From NCBI RefSeq assembly GCF_006345805.1, contig NC_043009.1:27838001-27902000 (forward strand): a stretch of 64,000 bases of DNA. The letters are read 5' to 3'. The position numbers and the translations under genes were made by a program. This document shows positions 50,141 through 63,665 of the stretch, piece by piece. This stretch comes from Octopus sinensis. Its lineage: Eukaryota. The number at the start of each line of letters is the position of its first letter. The stretch's first letter is position 1. The notes below the pieces were generated by a model, which made no database searches, was not told where the DNA came from, and was given only the letters and a program-made list of their open reading frames with translations.

Positions 50141-50375
50141 ATATATATATATGTGTATATACATATGTGTTGTATATATATTATGTGTGTGAGTGTTATT
50201 ATATATATATGTATATACAAAAGTATATATGCATATAAGTATGCATATATATATATATATTTATATATATACATATATCAATTAATATAGATATGCACAC
50301 ACACAATGTAAGTGTATGTAAATATATTTATGTATATATGTACATATATATATATATACACACACACACATATAA

Positions 50376-50409
<34 letters not shown>

Positions 50410-50428
50410 CACATATATAATGTATGTA

Positions 50429-50471
<43 letters not shown>

Positions 50472-50563
50472 GCATATAGTAGTATATGCACTATATATAT
50501 ACATTTAGATATATATATATACATATATACTTATTGATATATATATATACATATATACTTATT

Positions 50564-50611
<48 letters not shown>

Positions 50612-50790
50612 ACACGTATGTAAGTATATGTAAATATATTTATACATATATGTACATATACGTGTGTGTATGTGTGTCTATGTGTGTATGCAAAAACATA
50701 TATCAGTTCACGTGCTTTTTTAAGTGTGTGTTTGTGTGCGTGTTTGTGTGTGTGCATGCATGTGTGTGTGTGCATGTGTGTATGTGAGTG
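49300..50790. repeat. Long (TA)/(TACA)/(TG) compound tract with (TAA)/(AAG) block
   Basis: Direct reading. Confidence 0.9.
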
Positions 50791-51146
50791 TGATTTTGCA
50801 AATACATGTCTATGTACATCATCATCTGTGCAAATCTTTATCTATCTAGCTGTGTGCATTTATGTACATCTGTGTATATCTCGGGTTACTTCATTTTGTG
50901 TGTCTGATTGCATAGATATTTATTGTATTGAAAAAAAAATTACAGACACAAATATATAGATATATATATTTGTGTGTGTACATTCACATATGCATGTGTA
51001 TGCATGTGTGTGTGTATGTGTGTGCGTTTGTGTGCATGTGAGTGTAGGTGTGCAAGTGTGTGTGTATAGATGAAAGAAATATACTCTCTCTTGAGTTTTG
51101 GAATATAGAACACACTTCGTTTCTCTGATATTGATCCAAATATTAC

Positions 51147-51217
51147 CTGAGACAAACACTAGGTTGGTTTTCTATTGTTTTTTTTTGTTGTTGGTGTTTT
51201 TTTTTTGAAGCTTCCAT
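51147..51217 (-). CDS. Candidate ATG-containing exon end (MEASKKKHQQQKKTIENQPSVCL, phase 2)
   Basis: attATGG start context, donor CAG|GTAATA; the frame depends on two homopolymer runs. Confidence 0.12.
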
Positions 51218-51349
51218 AATAAAGATAGTCTTCTTTAATTATCCATCGGAATGGATGGTTTTCTTTTCTTAATAATTTTTTGTTCTTCAGTTTTTCTAAG
51301 TTAAAAAGAACTTGTCTTTGGCTGCTGACAGAAATAAAGAACTCGGAAG

Positions 51350-51383
<34 letters not shown>

Positions 51384-51979
51384 GAGAGAGAGGAAAGAGG
51401 GAGAGGGCGAAAGAGAAAAAGAGACAGAGAAACAAAGGAAGGGTGAAGAGAGATACAGAGAGAAATAGTAAGAAGCAAAAGGAAAGAAAGAAAGAAAGAG
51501 AGAGAGAGAAAGAGAGAGGGAGAGATCAGAAAGTTCTGAAAAGAAAATACATTTTCCACTTATATCACATATTTTTTGTCATTTTAAGAAAAAGACAATA
51601 AAATGTGAAAAAGAAAATGACAAAAATTGCAGAAGCAAATATTACAGAGTAAAGCTAGGGTGATGTAACAATCTTTATAATATCCTTGAACCAAAGAGAT
51701 ATCTCTTTGTTCTTTTCTTTTCTTTTTTATGTTGAAGCTAATAATTAGCATCAAGTTGTTTGCTAAATAAACATCTCCAAAGATGGAAACCTAAATCTCT
51801 CTCTCTCCCTCTCTGGCTTTGGATTTCCTGATTGTTATGTTTATTATGTATCCCAGCAACTCAATACAATGCCATGGAAAACATCCAAGAATCTTCACAT
51901 TTCATACTTAAATTGGATTCTTGAACAAATGTTAAGGATTCCTATGATAATCTTCAGCTGTATACACAGAATGTAGGCA

Positions 51980-52500
51980 GGCGCAGGCATGGCTTTGTGG
52001 TTAAGATGTTTGCTTTGGGACCATTTGGTTTTGAGTTCACTCTCATTGCACAGCATCTTGGTCAAGTGTCTTCTAGTATAGCTGCAGTCTGATGCATGAA
52101 ATGTGAGTGAATTTGGTAGATGGAAACTGTGAAGAAGCCTATTGCATATATATAAATATATACAAGCTGACTGGCTTTTATAAACAAATCTCAGGTCATC
52201 ATCATCATCATCATTTAACGTCCACTTTCCATGTCGGCATGGGTTAGATGGTTTGACGTGGAACTGGCTAGCAAGGAGCTGTCCCAGCTCCAGTTGTCTT
52301 TTGTGTTATGGTTTCTATGGCTGGATGACCTTCCTAATGCCAACCACTTAACAGAATGAGCTGGGAGCTTTTTATGTGCCACTGGTACAGGGATGTTTAC
52401 GCAGCTCTGGCACAGGTGTGTTTATACAGCACCAGCACAGGTGTCTTTTAAGTGGCACTGGCACAGGTGTTTCTAAGTGGCACCCAAACCTGAAAGGGCA
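51980..52500. mobile_element. Family A 5' half (+) and family D copy (-) with internal ~25-bp units
   Basis: Family motifs; gcacaggtg repeated three times at ~52403-52468. Confidence 0.8.
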
Positions 52501-52963
52501 AACCTGTATGTGTGGAAGGCAGTGATTTTATTTAACTTGACATCTCTTATCAAAGTATAGCAAACCGCAACAGCTTCTGGGCCCTTGTCAGTTCCTCAAA
52601 GAAACTCAGGGAGGCACCAGAAACTGTTGCAAAGATATAAAAATTACTCTAGTGATATAATACTGATCACGTCATCAAAATCTTCAAGCTGTGAGATGCT
52701 CTTTCTGTTCTCAACCCATTTTTTCAACCAATTTTTCAAGTAATTTTATTTTTTATTCTCTTGTCCTTCGGAAGTGCTGAGTGATGGGGCATGTTATCAA
52801 TGGGTTCCACAAATATCACAACTTCATTTTGTCCAACAGATGACAAAGAAAGATGTGAAATGTCAACATTTGCACACTCATGCAGGAAAACACACACATG
52901 CATATATATACAAACATATACATATATACATGCATACATTACATACGTACACACATACACACT

Positions 52964-52997
<34 letters not shown>

Positions 52998-53002
52998 CAT
53001 AC

Positions 53003-53547
53003 ACATGTGGAAATCACAGCCTACAAAGAGCAAAGACGTGGTATGAGAAAACCCCAGAAGGAATCACCGAGAATGTGAATTACAAAATCCTGTGGGATGC
53101 CAATGATCCAGCGTGATTCCCCAACCAGAAATCAGAAACTGGACATTGGGGTGAATAAAAAAGAAAGAACATGTATGATAATCGACATAGCATGCCCCAG
53201 TGACAGCAGGATCAAGATGAAAGAAGAAGAAAAAATAAACAACTATGATGATTTGAAGTGGGAAATACGAAAGTTGTGGTCCATGAAGAGAGTAGAAATG
53301 ATACCAATAGTAATTGGTGTACTTGGAAGTATCAGCACTCAACTACCAACATGGTGGATTAAGATTAGATGCAAGTGTGATGGTAGAACTCTTACAAAAA
53401 TCAGCATTGCTTGGAACTGCAAGAATTCTTGGTAGTGTTCTTGAAGCATGACCAGTACACAAGTGTCACCTTAGTCTGCTGGCTGTGGACAGCTGACACT
53501 TGCCATCATACCCAGCAAGATAAGCTGTGAGTTTTCATATTAAAAAA
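53003..53547 (+). mobile_element. R4/Dong-like non-LTR retrotransposon 3' end (restriction-like endonuclease), copy 1
   Basis: WYEKTPEGITENVNYKILWD / KLDI..KKERTCMIIDIACPSD...EEKINNYDDLKWEI..LW...IPIVIGVLG / LQKSALLGTARIL..VLEA-stop (53449-53451), ~95-nt 3' UTR, (TAA)n tail. Confidence 0.9.
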
Positions 53548-53587
53548 TAATAATAATAATAATAATAATAATGATAATAATAATAAT

Positions 53588-53919
53588 GAGATAATTGACT
53601 TTACTGTACCAAATGAGGAGAAAATCAATATGAGATGTATAGAGAAAATAGAAAATCACCAGGACTTAGCAATTGAATTACAGAAACTATGGAAAGTTCA
53701 GATAAAATGAATCCCAGTAGATATAGATGAATTGGGAATAATCCCTAAAGATTTGAAGAGATGGATAGAGGAAAAAGGCATAAAACCCAGCTCCAGAAAA
53801 TTGTGTTAATAGGGAGAGCTAGGATACTTAGGAGGATTCTTGGCAACTAAGGTTACTTGTTGTTGGCCGATGATAGGAATATTTCTTTTCAAACAGTCTA
53901 ATCTGTTGTGAGTATATGA
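53588..53919 (+). mobile_element. R4/Dong-like 3' end, copy 2 (different 3' UTR, more decayed)
   Basis: IIDFTVPNEEKI...EKIENHQDLAIELQKLWKV.../LQKIVLIGRARILRRILGN-stop (53848-53850), then a ~220-bp (TAA)n tail. Confidence 0.85.
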
Positions 53920-53961
53920 ATAATAATAATAATAATAATAATGATAATAATAATAATAATA

Positions 53962-54004
<43 letters not shown>

Positions 54005-54075
54005 GGATAATAATAATTATAATAATAATAATGATGACAATAATAATTATAATAATAATAATGACGATGATGATG

Positions 54076-54117
<42 letters not shown>

Positions 54118-54762
54118 TAATAATAATAATAATAATAACAACGATGACGATGAATATGATCATGGTGATGATGATGACAAAAATAAGAATATGACAGTGG
54201 TTTTATATATTGACTATATTTGTGATATGTTTAATTGATTGCTATACAATGTAATTCTTATACATAACACCTTAGACCTGCTAGATATGAAAATAATACA
54301 TTAAGTGGATGAAATATCTTTAACAGTATTCTGAAGAATATTCTCTCAAGAGGAAAACCGAAATATAAAATATAATGGCTGTAATTTTTGTCAGACTTTT
54401 TTTTTATATTTAGTTGATATAGATATTGTTGTTATTGTTGGTGGTGGTGAATAGCTTAAATTATTTTATGTTTTACTTGAAGCGTCAACAATTCTCGGCA
54501 ATCAGTATGAACACGACAACTTTATTATAAACATCAGCTCACAAAAAAAAAAAGAAATGTCAAAAAGAAACCCCCCCAAAAAAACAAAAATAGTTTGTGA
54601 TCTTCTAACGAGTAACTTTTTAAGAGAAAACGAATTCACCATTGAAAATAGAGATAGAAATGCATTGCAATGATTCAAGTTGTAATAAAGAAGGTTTAAA
54701 GCGTTCTATTTTGACAATAAACCTGTCTTGAAGACTCCGGAATATCTGTAAGCAGTGATATT

Positions 54763-54839
54763 ATGAGGAAATTACAACTTGGTTTTGCCATTAGTCTGAT
54801 GGCATTATTTCCCTCTATAATAGCTACAGACAAAAAATG
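54763..54839 (+). CDS. Candidate signal-peptide-like mini-exon (MRKLQLGFAISLMALFPSIIATDKK)
   Basis: Basic n-region, hydrophobic core, Ala at a plausible cleavage site; weak donor TG|GTGACC, otherwise stops after 26 aa. Confidence 0.12.
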
Positions 54840-55849
54840 GTGACCATAGTCAAAGATTAGAGTTAATATCAAACTAAAAGCTTTCTATATTTTTTAAATA
54901 TTTTTTTTGCTGTTGTTGTTGTTGTTGTTTTGTCTCTTTCCAATTATTCATCTTACTTTTTTCTTTGATAAAAATTTTTTCTTCAGTTTTTAACTCTTTT
55001 TATTTTCTTCTTCGTCAGAAGTATTAGTAAAAAACAAACAGAAAAAATGATACAAAGATTTAAATGTTAATTAAATCATATAAAACATAGATAATTAATA
55101 AAAACATCTCTTGCATAAAATGCGATATATATATATATACACACACATATATATATATATACATATATACATACATATATATATAGACATATATATATAT
55201 ACATATATACACACATACATACATATATATGTATACACATATGCAACAGATATTAAATGATGATATATATATATATACATATATATGTATATACATACAT
55301 TCATACATACATATATGCATACATACACACATACATACATACAAATGTTTCAAAATTCCTCTTTTCTCCTTAATCTTATCACTACTGCTGCTACAGCTGT
55401 TTCTGTCATTTTTAATGACAAATGTTTTATGCTGCAATGCATCTCACTTCTTTATCACCTCATCTTTGAGGTTCAATGTTCTCAAACTTGTTTCAAATAT
55501 TTTCTAACAACCATTCACTCACTAGTTTACTTTTACCAGTAATATCGTCCTGCACCATTTCATATAAAAAAAACTGAGAAAAAAAATAGTAATAATAATG
55601 TTCATGCGTACGATATTCAGTTTATTTGCATCTAAGCTTTTAAGAAAAATGTCTGAAAAAGAAGATTTAAATATAGCTCTGTGTAGCCAGATGTTGCTTG
55701 CAAATGTGTATAGGTTGGTAATGTGTGCAATACATTTATTTATTATTTTAGGTGTCTATATATTCATGAATAGACACAAAGACTTTTGAGCCAATGAAAC
55801 ATCAAGAATGAGGCAGCAGGAGAGAGAGGGGGGTTGCATTAAAACTTAG

Positions 55850-56000
55850 TTGGTACTTATTTACAGCTGAGTAGAATGGGAAAACATGAAATGAAGTGTC
55901 TTGCTCAAGAACAAAATCCACTACCCAGACATTAAATTGATCCTATAACATTATGGATATGAGACAAACACAGTAACCACCCAGCCATGTGACTTCACTT
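55850..56000 (-). mobile_element. SINE family C 5' part, degraded
   Basis: Reverse of gtgaagtcacatggctgggtggtt...gttcttgagcaagacacttcatttc...ctcagctg. Confidence 0.65.
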
Positions 56001-56928
56001 GAAGAGGAAGATATGCTGTGATGTTCTTTAAAAGAGCCTTCTTTTGTCACTTAAACTGAATCAATAAGAAATTTGATATGGATTTGCTCTCAGAGTCGTT
56101 TGTAAATAGAAAAGCTTCATCATATTTTCAAATTTACTTAGATACTGTAGAATCTACTTATTGTAATCACACTTTAAGATGAAGCTATTTTGATGACAAT
56201 AATGAGCAAAGAACATTAAGTGAATGCTATAACAAATTAGTGAACCTTGATTCTAATAAATGAAAAATTATAAATTCAATTAACATTTTTCAATTAATAA
56301 TTCTTAATTCATATTCAGTTATTGAAGGGATTCACTAATTTTGATAACAATAACCACATAATATTATCTGTAATTGAAATCAATATCTTCCTTGGTATGT
56401 TTGCATACATAAACATACACACAGTTATATGTGTGTATATATACTGCTAGATTTTAAAGAGAAACGGAAAATAATCTCAGAGATATTTTACAATGTTCAT
56501 TCCAACAACTGTTTCAATAACTTTTACATAATGTTTAACAATAATAATCATATAATTATAATTAAGTAACATGTAAGAATCATAGACACAATCAGGGATT
56601 TTAAAATATTTTCAAAGATCTCTGATGAGTCTTGCATTCTATATAATCATAGTTGATATTCTAACATTCCGTAAGAATTATTAAAACAGATTTATGATTG
56701 AATATTTTGTAAAATTTCTGAAATTGTGTTCTGTTTTTCTTTCAAATGTGTTTTGCTCTTCTCATCTGCTATTGCTTATTCTCTAGTATATACAACAGCT
56801 AAGACCAACATCACCACAACTGCCACCATGAACGTCAACTATTACATCTGTAAGGTGTCTAGGCATAACTATAGCATACTTTTGTTTTCATTTTTCTCGT
56901 TTGACCTCCCTAGACAATAATAAAAATA

Positions 56929-56959
<31 letters not shown>

Positions 56960-57018
56960 CATGTGCATATATGGGTACAGAATGTCACCAACAGTAAACA
57001 ACATGAAATACGAAAACA

Positions 57019-57263
<245 letters not shown>

Positions 57264-57864
57264 TGCATATATATATATTATTTATATTATTATTTGATTG
57301 AACACCATGCATCCATTTCCAAGTAGGTTATCTCCCTAGACAATATTTTTATAACTGTGGTTGTGTTGTGGATTATTAGAAAATTTTCATAACAATGTCT
57401 GGAACTTATTTTTAATTAATTTGAATAAACAGCTTTTGACCCACGAATTGTGATAACAATAACCATTTGATAACATTATCCCTAACTATATAATTGGCAG
57501 CGTCCTCTATATACATATATATTAGTGTAAATATGGCAAATAGAAATAATATCGACATAATCCTTTTAATGTCAAATAAGGAGTAATCAACTGAATCATT
57601 AGTGGCCTAATTAACAAAACATACCATTGTTATCTTAATTGTTAGTTATGTTCTTTAATAGTTTCAATGTTTCTTTAAATACTTTCTATCGAGAGTAACT
57701 AGGTGGCTTTGAAATACAATAGTCATGTTAAAGGATAAATTTATAAGTCGTTTCATTCCATAACCTCAATATATTTAGGTCACTTTTGGGGTTTGTAAAC
57801 CCTTTGATTAGATGCCTTGTTTGATGGGCCCAATTTTGTTTGATTCTTTCTCTAAAAGATGTGA

Positions 57865-57948
57865 ATGTGGGTTGTTGCCTGGCTTTATGCTTTTGGCTCA
57901 CTAATTAGCAAAAGCATCAATATCTTCAACTATAAACATAAAACTGTG
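57865..57948 (+). CDS. Candidate ATG-containing exon (MWVVAWLYAFGSLISKSINIFNYKHKTV)
   Basis: Strong acceptor ttttgtttgattctttctctaaaag 6 nt upstream, hydrophobic N-terminus, donor GTG|GTAACC. Confidence 0.13.
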
Positions 57949-58109
57949 GTAACCCAGTTTTGTGTTTTCCATGGCTACAATAAAATGAAATCACGTCAGC
58001 TAAAGCATACATGTATGTACAAAAGATTAAATTGTAAGGGTTTCACGTCAATGTTTTGTGTAATTTGGTAAACCCAAAAATATTGCTTGAAATAAATAAA
58101 TCATATTAG

Positions 58110-58472
58110 CACAGCCATGACTGTACAGTTAATAAGCTAACTTTACAACAACACGATTTGGGGTTCAGTTCCACTGCACAGCATCCCATGTAAGTGTATT
58201 CTGCTATAGCTGTGGGCAGACCAATGTCTTGCAAGTGAATTTAGTAGGCAAAAACTGAGTAGAAGCCTGCCATGTATGTATGTATGTATGTATGTATGTA
58301 TGTATGTATGCATGTATGTATGTATGAATGTTTGTATGTATGTATGTATGTATGTATGTATGTATGTATGTATGTATGAATGAATGTATGTCTGTATGTA
58401 TATCTGTATGTATGTACATCTATCAATCTATCTATCTATCTAGCTATCTAGCTATATGTAGGTATATGTACA

Positions 58473-58509
<37 letters not shown>

Positions 58510-58730
58510 GTATGTATATATGTCTGTGTATATATATCTTTGTTTGAGTGTCTTTGTCTCTGTTTTTGACACCACCACTGGCCTGGGAAACTTTCTTGGT
58601 TTGTTTACATCCCTGTAACATTAACAGAACCAGAGTTAAAAAGAAAAAATGTGTACCACTAAAATCTTTCAAGTTGGTGCCCCAGCATGGCCGCAATCCA
58701 ATGACTAAAACAAGTTGAAGATAAAAGATA
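58110..58730 (+). mobile_element. SINE family A with internal microsatellite expanded to ~280 bp
   Basis: Head and tail intact; middle is (TATG)n(TATC)n(CT)n(TA)n. Confidence 0.85.
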
Positions 58731-59584
58731 CAGACTTATAGTTTCTCTTTATGTAGTTCTTAGAAAGATTTGTTAGAGAACACTAATGAGGGTAAATGAT
58801 ATCAGTTTTGGAGATCAGCAACGATTAGAAGGGGGATCGTTAAGACCAAAAATATAAAAAAAAATATACGATTAGTTAAGAATTGACAAAGAACAAATGG
58901 TGTTAAGGAAACTTTCTTTTCAAAGGAAAATGATAGAGAAAAGAGATTTTCATTATCATGACAAGGTATGCAGTGAAGAATAGTTTGTAGTTTATGAAGA
59001 CTGAGAGGAAAACAGGAAGAAATTATTGAAGGTAAGTGTGGGAAGAAGAATTGAGATTTGATATTCATGTCTGAAGAACAAGAGTTATGGATGATTGCAC
59101 CAACACTAAATGAGAAACATGTATTTGCATATTCCCAGAATATACTTGCCTGTTGTACAATTTATTATATGATATTATGAAATACATTTAACTCATGAAT
59201 TTATTGTATACACATACATATATGTGTATATGTGTATACACTCACACACACACACACACACATTTAATTTGTGTATTAAGGCTACCATTGGTTTCATATT
59301 AACAGATACCTCAACACTTATTAAGCCTATCATGTGGAACATTAATGTTCATCTCCATTTTGGATTAAAAAGAGAACACACATGGCATTTGATGATGAAC
59401 ATCTAACATACATGATGCCTTCATTGTTGTTTACCTAACTATGAACTCTATGTTATAGTACCTAGCCATTTCTGGCATCCTACCTGTTGAGGTGCAGAGG
59501 TTTTATTGAATCCTTCTAATTTATAAACATATATATATGTGTGTGTTTGAGTGTGTGTGTATGTGTGTGTGTGTATGTGTGTAG

Positions 59585-60562
59585 GTTCATGGCTTAGTGG
59601 TTAGGATGTTGTATTCTTGATACTAAAATTGTGGTTTCGATTCCTGGACTGGGTGATACATTGTGTTCTTAAGCAAAACACTTTATTTCATGCTGCTCCA
59701 GTCCACTCAGCTGGCAAAAATGAGTAACCCTGAGACATGGCATAAGTATTCCCACTTATCTGAGAGGCGGTGGGGGGGGGGGATATATGTGCTACAACAT
59801 CATCATCATTTAATGTCCATTTTCCATGCTAACATCGGTTGGACAGAATCTGGAAAACTAGTCTTATTGCTCAGGAAGGATGTTTGATCCTTTGATATAT
59901 ATACTCATCTGAAGGCTGTGAGCTGGCAGAAACGTTAGCATGTGGAGTGAAATGTTTAGTGGTATTTTGTCTGTCATTATGTTCTGAGTTCAAATTCTAC
60001 TGAGGCAAACTTTACCTTTTATCCTTTAGGGGATCGATAAATTAAGTACCAGTTGCATACTGCCTAGAATAGAAAAGGATATATATGTGTGTGTGTGTGT
60101 GTGTGTATGTGTGTAGACACATACACATATACATACACACACACATACATGCATGTATACATATATATATATATATGTATGTGTGTGTATGTGAATGAGC
60201 TTTCTTGGTTTGCATTGATTTGTAACTCATGGCTCAGGTGATTAGTTTCAGGCTGACAGTCATGAGGTAGTGGATTCAATTCCTGGACCAGGCTGTGTTT
60301 GTGTTGCCTTCTTGAGCAAGATACTTTGTTTCATATTGTTCCAGTTTACTCAGCTGAAGAAATGAGTTGTGAAGTCACTGGTGCCAACCTGTATCAGTCT
60401 TTGCTTTTCCTCGGATAACATCAATAGTGCAAAGAGATGAGGTTGCTATGCATGAGCAACTGCTGGTCTTCCATAAACAACCTTACCCAAAGGTGTGCCT
60501 TGAAGGGGAACTTTCTATTGTAATCCCATGGTCATTCATGATTGAAGGGGGTCTTTACCCTA
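59585..60562 (+). mobile_element. Cluster: family C (59585-59735), family D fragment, family B (59915-60080), family C variant (60215-60562)
   Basis: Family motifs as above. Confidence 0.8.
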
Positions 60563-60931
60563 TATAATGCATATTAATACAAGCATGTAAACCTAATTTT
60601 ATTCAACACTGAAATTATTACTACATGAAAAAGGTAGTGAAACAGCTGTAACCTTAAGGATGTCAAATAGTTAAATAAATACATCCATCTCTCTTATCTC
60701 CTGATGTTTTATGGCAGACACACACACACATATGCATACACTCACACACACACACACATAATTCAAAGAGAGTTAGAGGTTGTGAATCCAACCAACTAAG
60801 GGATAATATCTATCCAATATACTGCTGGTAGAATACCCAATTATTAATACACAAGTGTTGGTTATTGTGTGGCAATTACTCTACTGAGTATAATAATTAG
60901 GCGAGGGTAATAAGTGGTTTTACCCTTAATT

Positions 60932-61131
60932 TATATGGCAAGAAGAAAATGGAGGGGATCCAGAGGTGGTATGCATTAGCTGTTAGACATTATATTATGT
61001 CTATTTCTTTAAAACAGTTCTGATAATATATATACATGTGTAAAGTACCAGTAATTTCTAGAATAGAATATAATGTTTAACAGCTGATGCATACTACCTC
61101 TGGATTCCCTCCATTTTCTTCTGGCCATATA
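60932..61131. repeat. Inverted repeat, 65-bp arms (60/65 identical), 70-bp spacer; MITE-like or RNA hairpin
   Basis: 60932-60996 versus the reverse complement of 61067-61131, hand-aligned. Confidence 0.92.
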
Positions 61132-61133
61132 TA

Positions 61134-61173
<40 letters not shown>

Positions 61174-61874
61174 AACACATACACATATACATATACATTA
61201 CAATCATCAACATCTGACATCTTCTTAGTTTCAATAACACCTTTCTTATTCGATATACAATACTCCTTCTAAATCCTTTATTTCTTTTACAAGGTAGAGA
61301 CACTAATTGCTGTATACAATTCATTAATATCATTAATTGCAGCCTGCACTTCAAATTAACAATGGATACTCTTCTTAGCAAAATGATACGCACACTTTCT
61401 TAAACGCAAACGTATATACATGCTATGAAACACAATAGAAACTTGTGAATTAGTAGACATCTAATAGAAAGACACTTAACAATCCTCCTGGTTCACTAAT
61501 GATTTAAATGTTTCTTCTTTTATTTTTGTTTCTTTTGTAATAAAAACAGAACTATTTATTATATTTGATGTGTCTGTACACTTTATAAATGCATTAAACG
61601 CATATGATACATAATTCGATGAGTTACAATAACAGAACTAGACTGGAAATATAAGCAGATATTGCTAGGAGCTTTTAATAACACTCAGGCCATTTGCTGT
61701 TGTTTGAGTGGCTCTGAGATATCATCCAGGTTCATCATAAATGCAATAAAGATGATCAAAGACCTGACCGTCAATGGGAATCAATTAGAGTTATCACCAT
61801 TGTGAAATCATTGATATTTGCTCGATATTGCATATTTGTGCGACTACTATGGCTATTGATACATATATGTATGG

Positions 61875-62070
61875 TGATGATGATGATGATGATGATGATG
61901 ACGATGATGGTAATGAGGATGATGACAACGATGATGACTGTGGCGATGTCGGTGACGATGATGAACATGATGACGATAACGATGATGACGACGACGACGA
62001 TGATGATGATAATGATGATGATGACGATGATGTTAGTGGTGGTGGTGGTGGCAGTGAGGGTGGTGGCGAT
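61875..62070. repeat. (GAT/GAC/GGT)n tract
   Basis: Direct reading. Confidence 0.95.
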
Positions 62071-62939
62071 GGTGTTGCTGCTAACTCACTCTATGGGAAC
62101 CAGAATAATGAATAAATGCTTGATGGAAATATTTTCTTTTAATTACTTGCTCGCGGACAATATAGAAATGAATGAGCGCTAGAGTTGCTTTGTTCTTTTG
62201 TCATATTCATTATTCGTTCCTTAATTTAATAATTGTTTTGTAGACATCTTTAAGTCATAATCATTAATGTAGCTACGTATGAAAGCGCCAATCTAACACC
62301 ACTGATTTTCATCTTGTAATGACTAGGCCCACAGTTAACTAAAAATAAGAGTTTTATTAATTTCTTTTAAAACAAAAGACTAAATCATTATTCATTTATG
62401 TTTACCTGCTTAAAGTTCAGGTGTGTTTCTCTCCCTCTCACCTCTCTCCCCTCTCTCTCCCTCACAGACACGCTCTCATTTTCTGTTGCAATTATACAGT
62501 ATGAAAAATATGCGTCAATAATTTTCATATTTATTGCTATTATTATTATTGTTGTTGTATGTCTTCTTCTTCTTCTGATTATTATTACTATTATTATTGT
62601 TATTATTATTAGTTTGCAGAACTGCGATTAGGCATGATATAACAAACTTTAATCATTGAATGTGAGTGCATAAACTTTGAAAATAAAAATATTATAATAA
62701 TAATAACATAATAATAAGAAATAATATTCTTCACTCTTATCTGCAATTACTTAGATAAGAGTGAAAATAAAAATTTCTTGTAATGCTTGAAACTAGAGTC
62801 AAAGATGTTTACTATTGTGGAATGGAAATATTAGAAACATGATAATTGCTTTAAAAAAAAACCATATCTCAACCGAAAGGCCCTCTGATAAGTAAAATAC
62901 CATCAAGTACTAACAACTACACCAGCCATAGAGTACTCA

Positions 62940-63152
62940 ATACGTGCATACATACATACATACATACATACGTACATACATACATACCTACATACACATA
63001 TACACATACATATCTACATACATATATATATATTTATACATATATATGTTTGTATATATTTATATATATACGTATATATATTTATATATATACATATATA
63101 TTTATATATACATATGTATATATATATATTTATATATATATACATATACATT

Positions 63153-63183
<31 letters not shown>

Positions 63184-63400
63184 GCATATATAAATACACA
63201 CATATATATATATGTATTTATATATAAATATGGACGTTAAATGATGATGGTAATGATATATGTATATATATATATATACATATTTATACATATACATTTC
63301 TATATCTCTCTATATATGTCTATATCTATATATAGATATATGTATATATACATATATGTTTGTGCATGTGTGTGTATATATATATATATATGTTTATATA
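62940..63400. repeat. (TACA)/(TA) tract
   Basis: Direct reading. Confidence 0.95.
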
Positions 63401-63665
63401 CGCCCAAACATCACTTTTGTTTTTTTGGTGCATGTTTAAAATAATCGTAGTGGATAAAGATTTAGACATTACCGATTTTGTTTCTTCAGATGTGTCTAGC
63501 ACTAAAAACCTATTCTTCCACTTTCTACAAAGATAAAGCATAAATGTTTAACAAGTTACTGTCTATCTTTTCGTTTTACTCGCCGGATAATGAATTTGTT
63601 TTCAATTGGTAGAGTAAAGGCGGGTGGATTCTCTGTCATACTCAATGATGTACCTTCAATTTCCT

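Noticed and set aside
53097-53435. 112-aa ORF as a host nuclease gene
   Set aside because: Frameshifted at both ends, followed by a 3' UTR and (TAA)n tail; it is a retrotransposon endonuclease remnant.
56816-56850. Perfect vertebrate Kozak gccaccATG followed by MNVNYYI and a gtaagg donor
   Set aside because: Arises in an ACC/ACA-rich stretch, that Kozak form is not diagnostic in molluscs, and there is no supporting downstream exon.
58870-59040. Strong + strand donors AAG|GTATGC and AAG|GTAAGT
   Set aside because: Upstream acceptors are purine-rich or frames are closed; no recognisable peptide.
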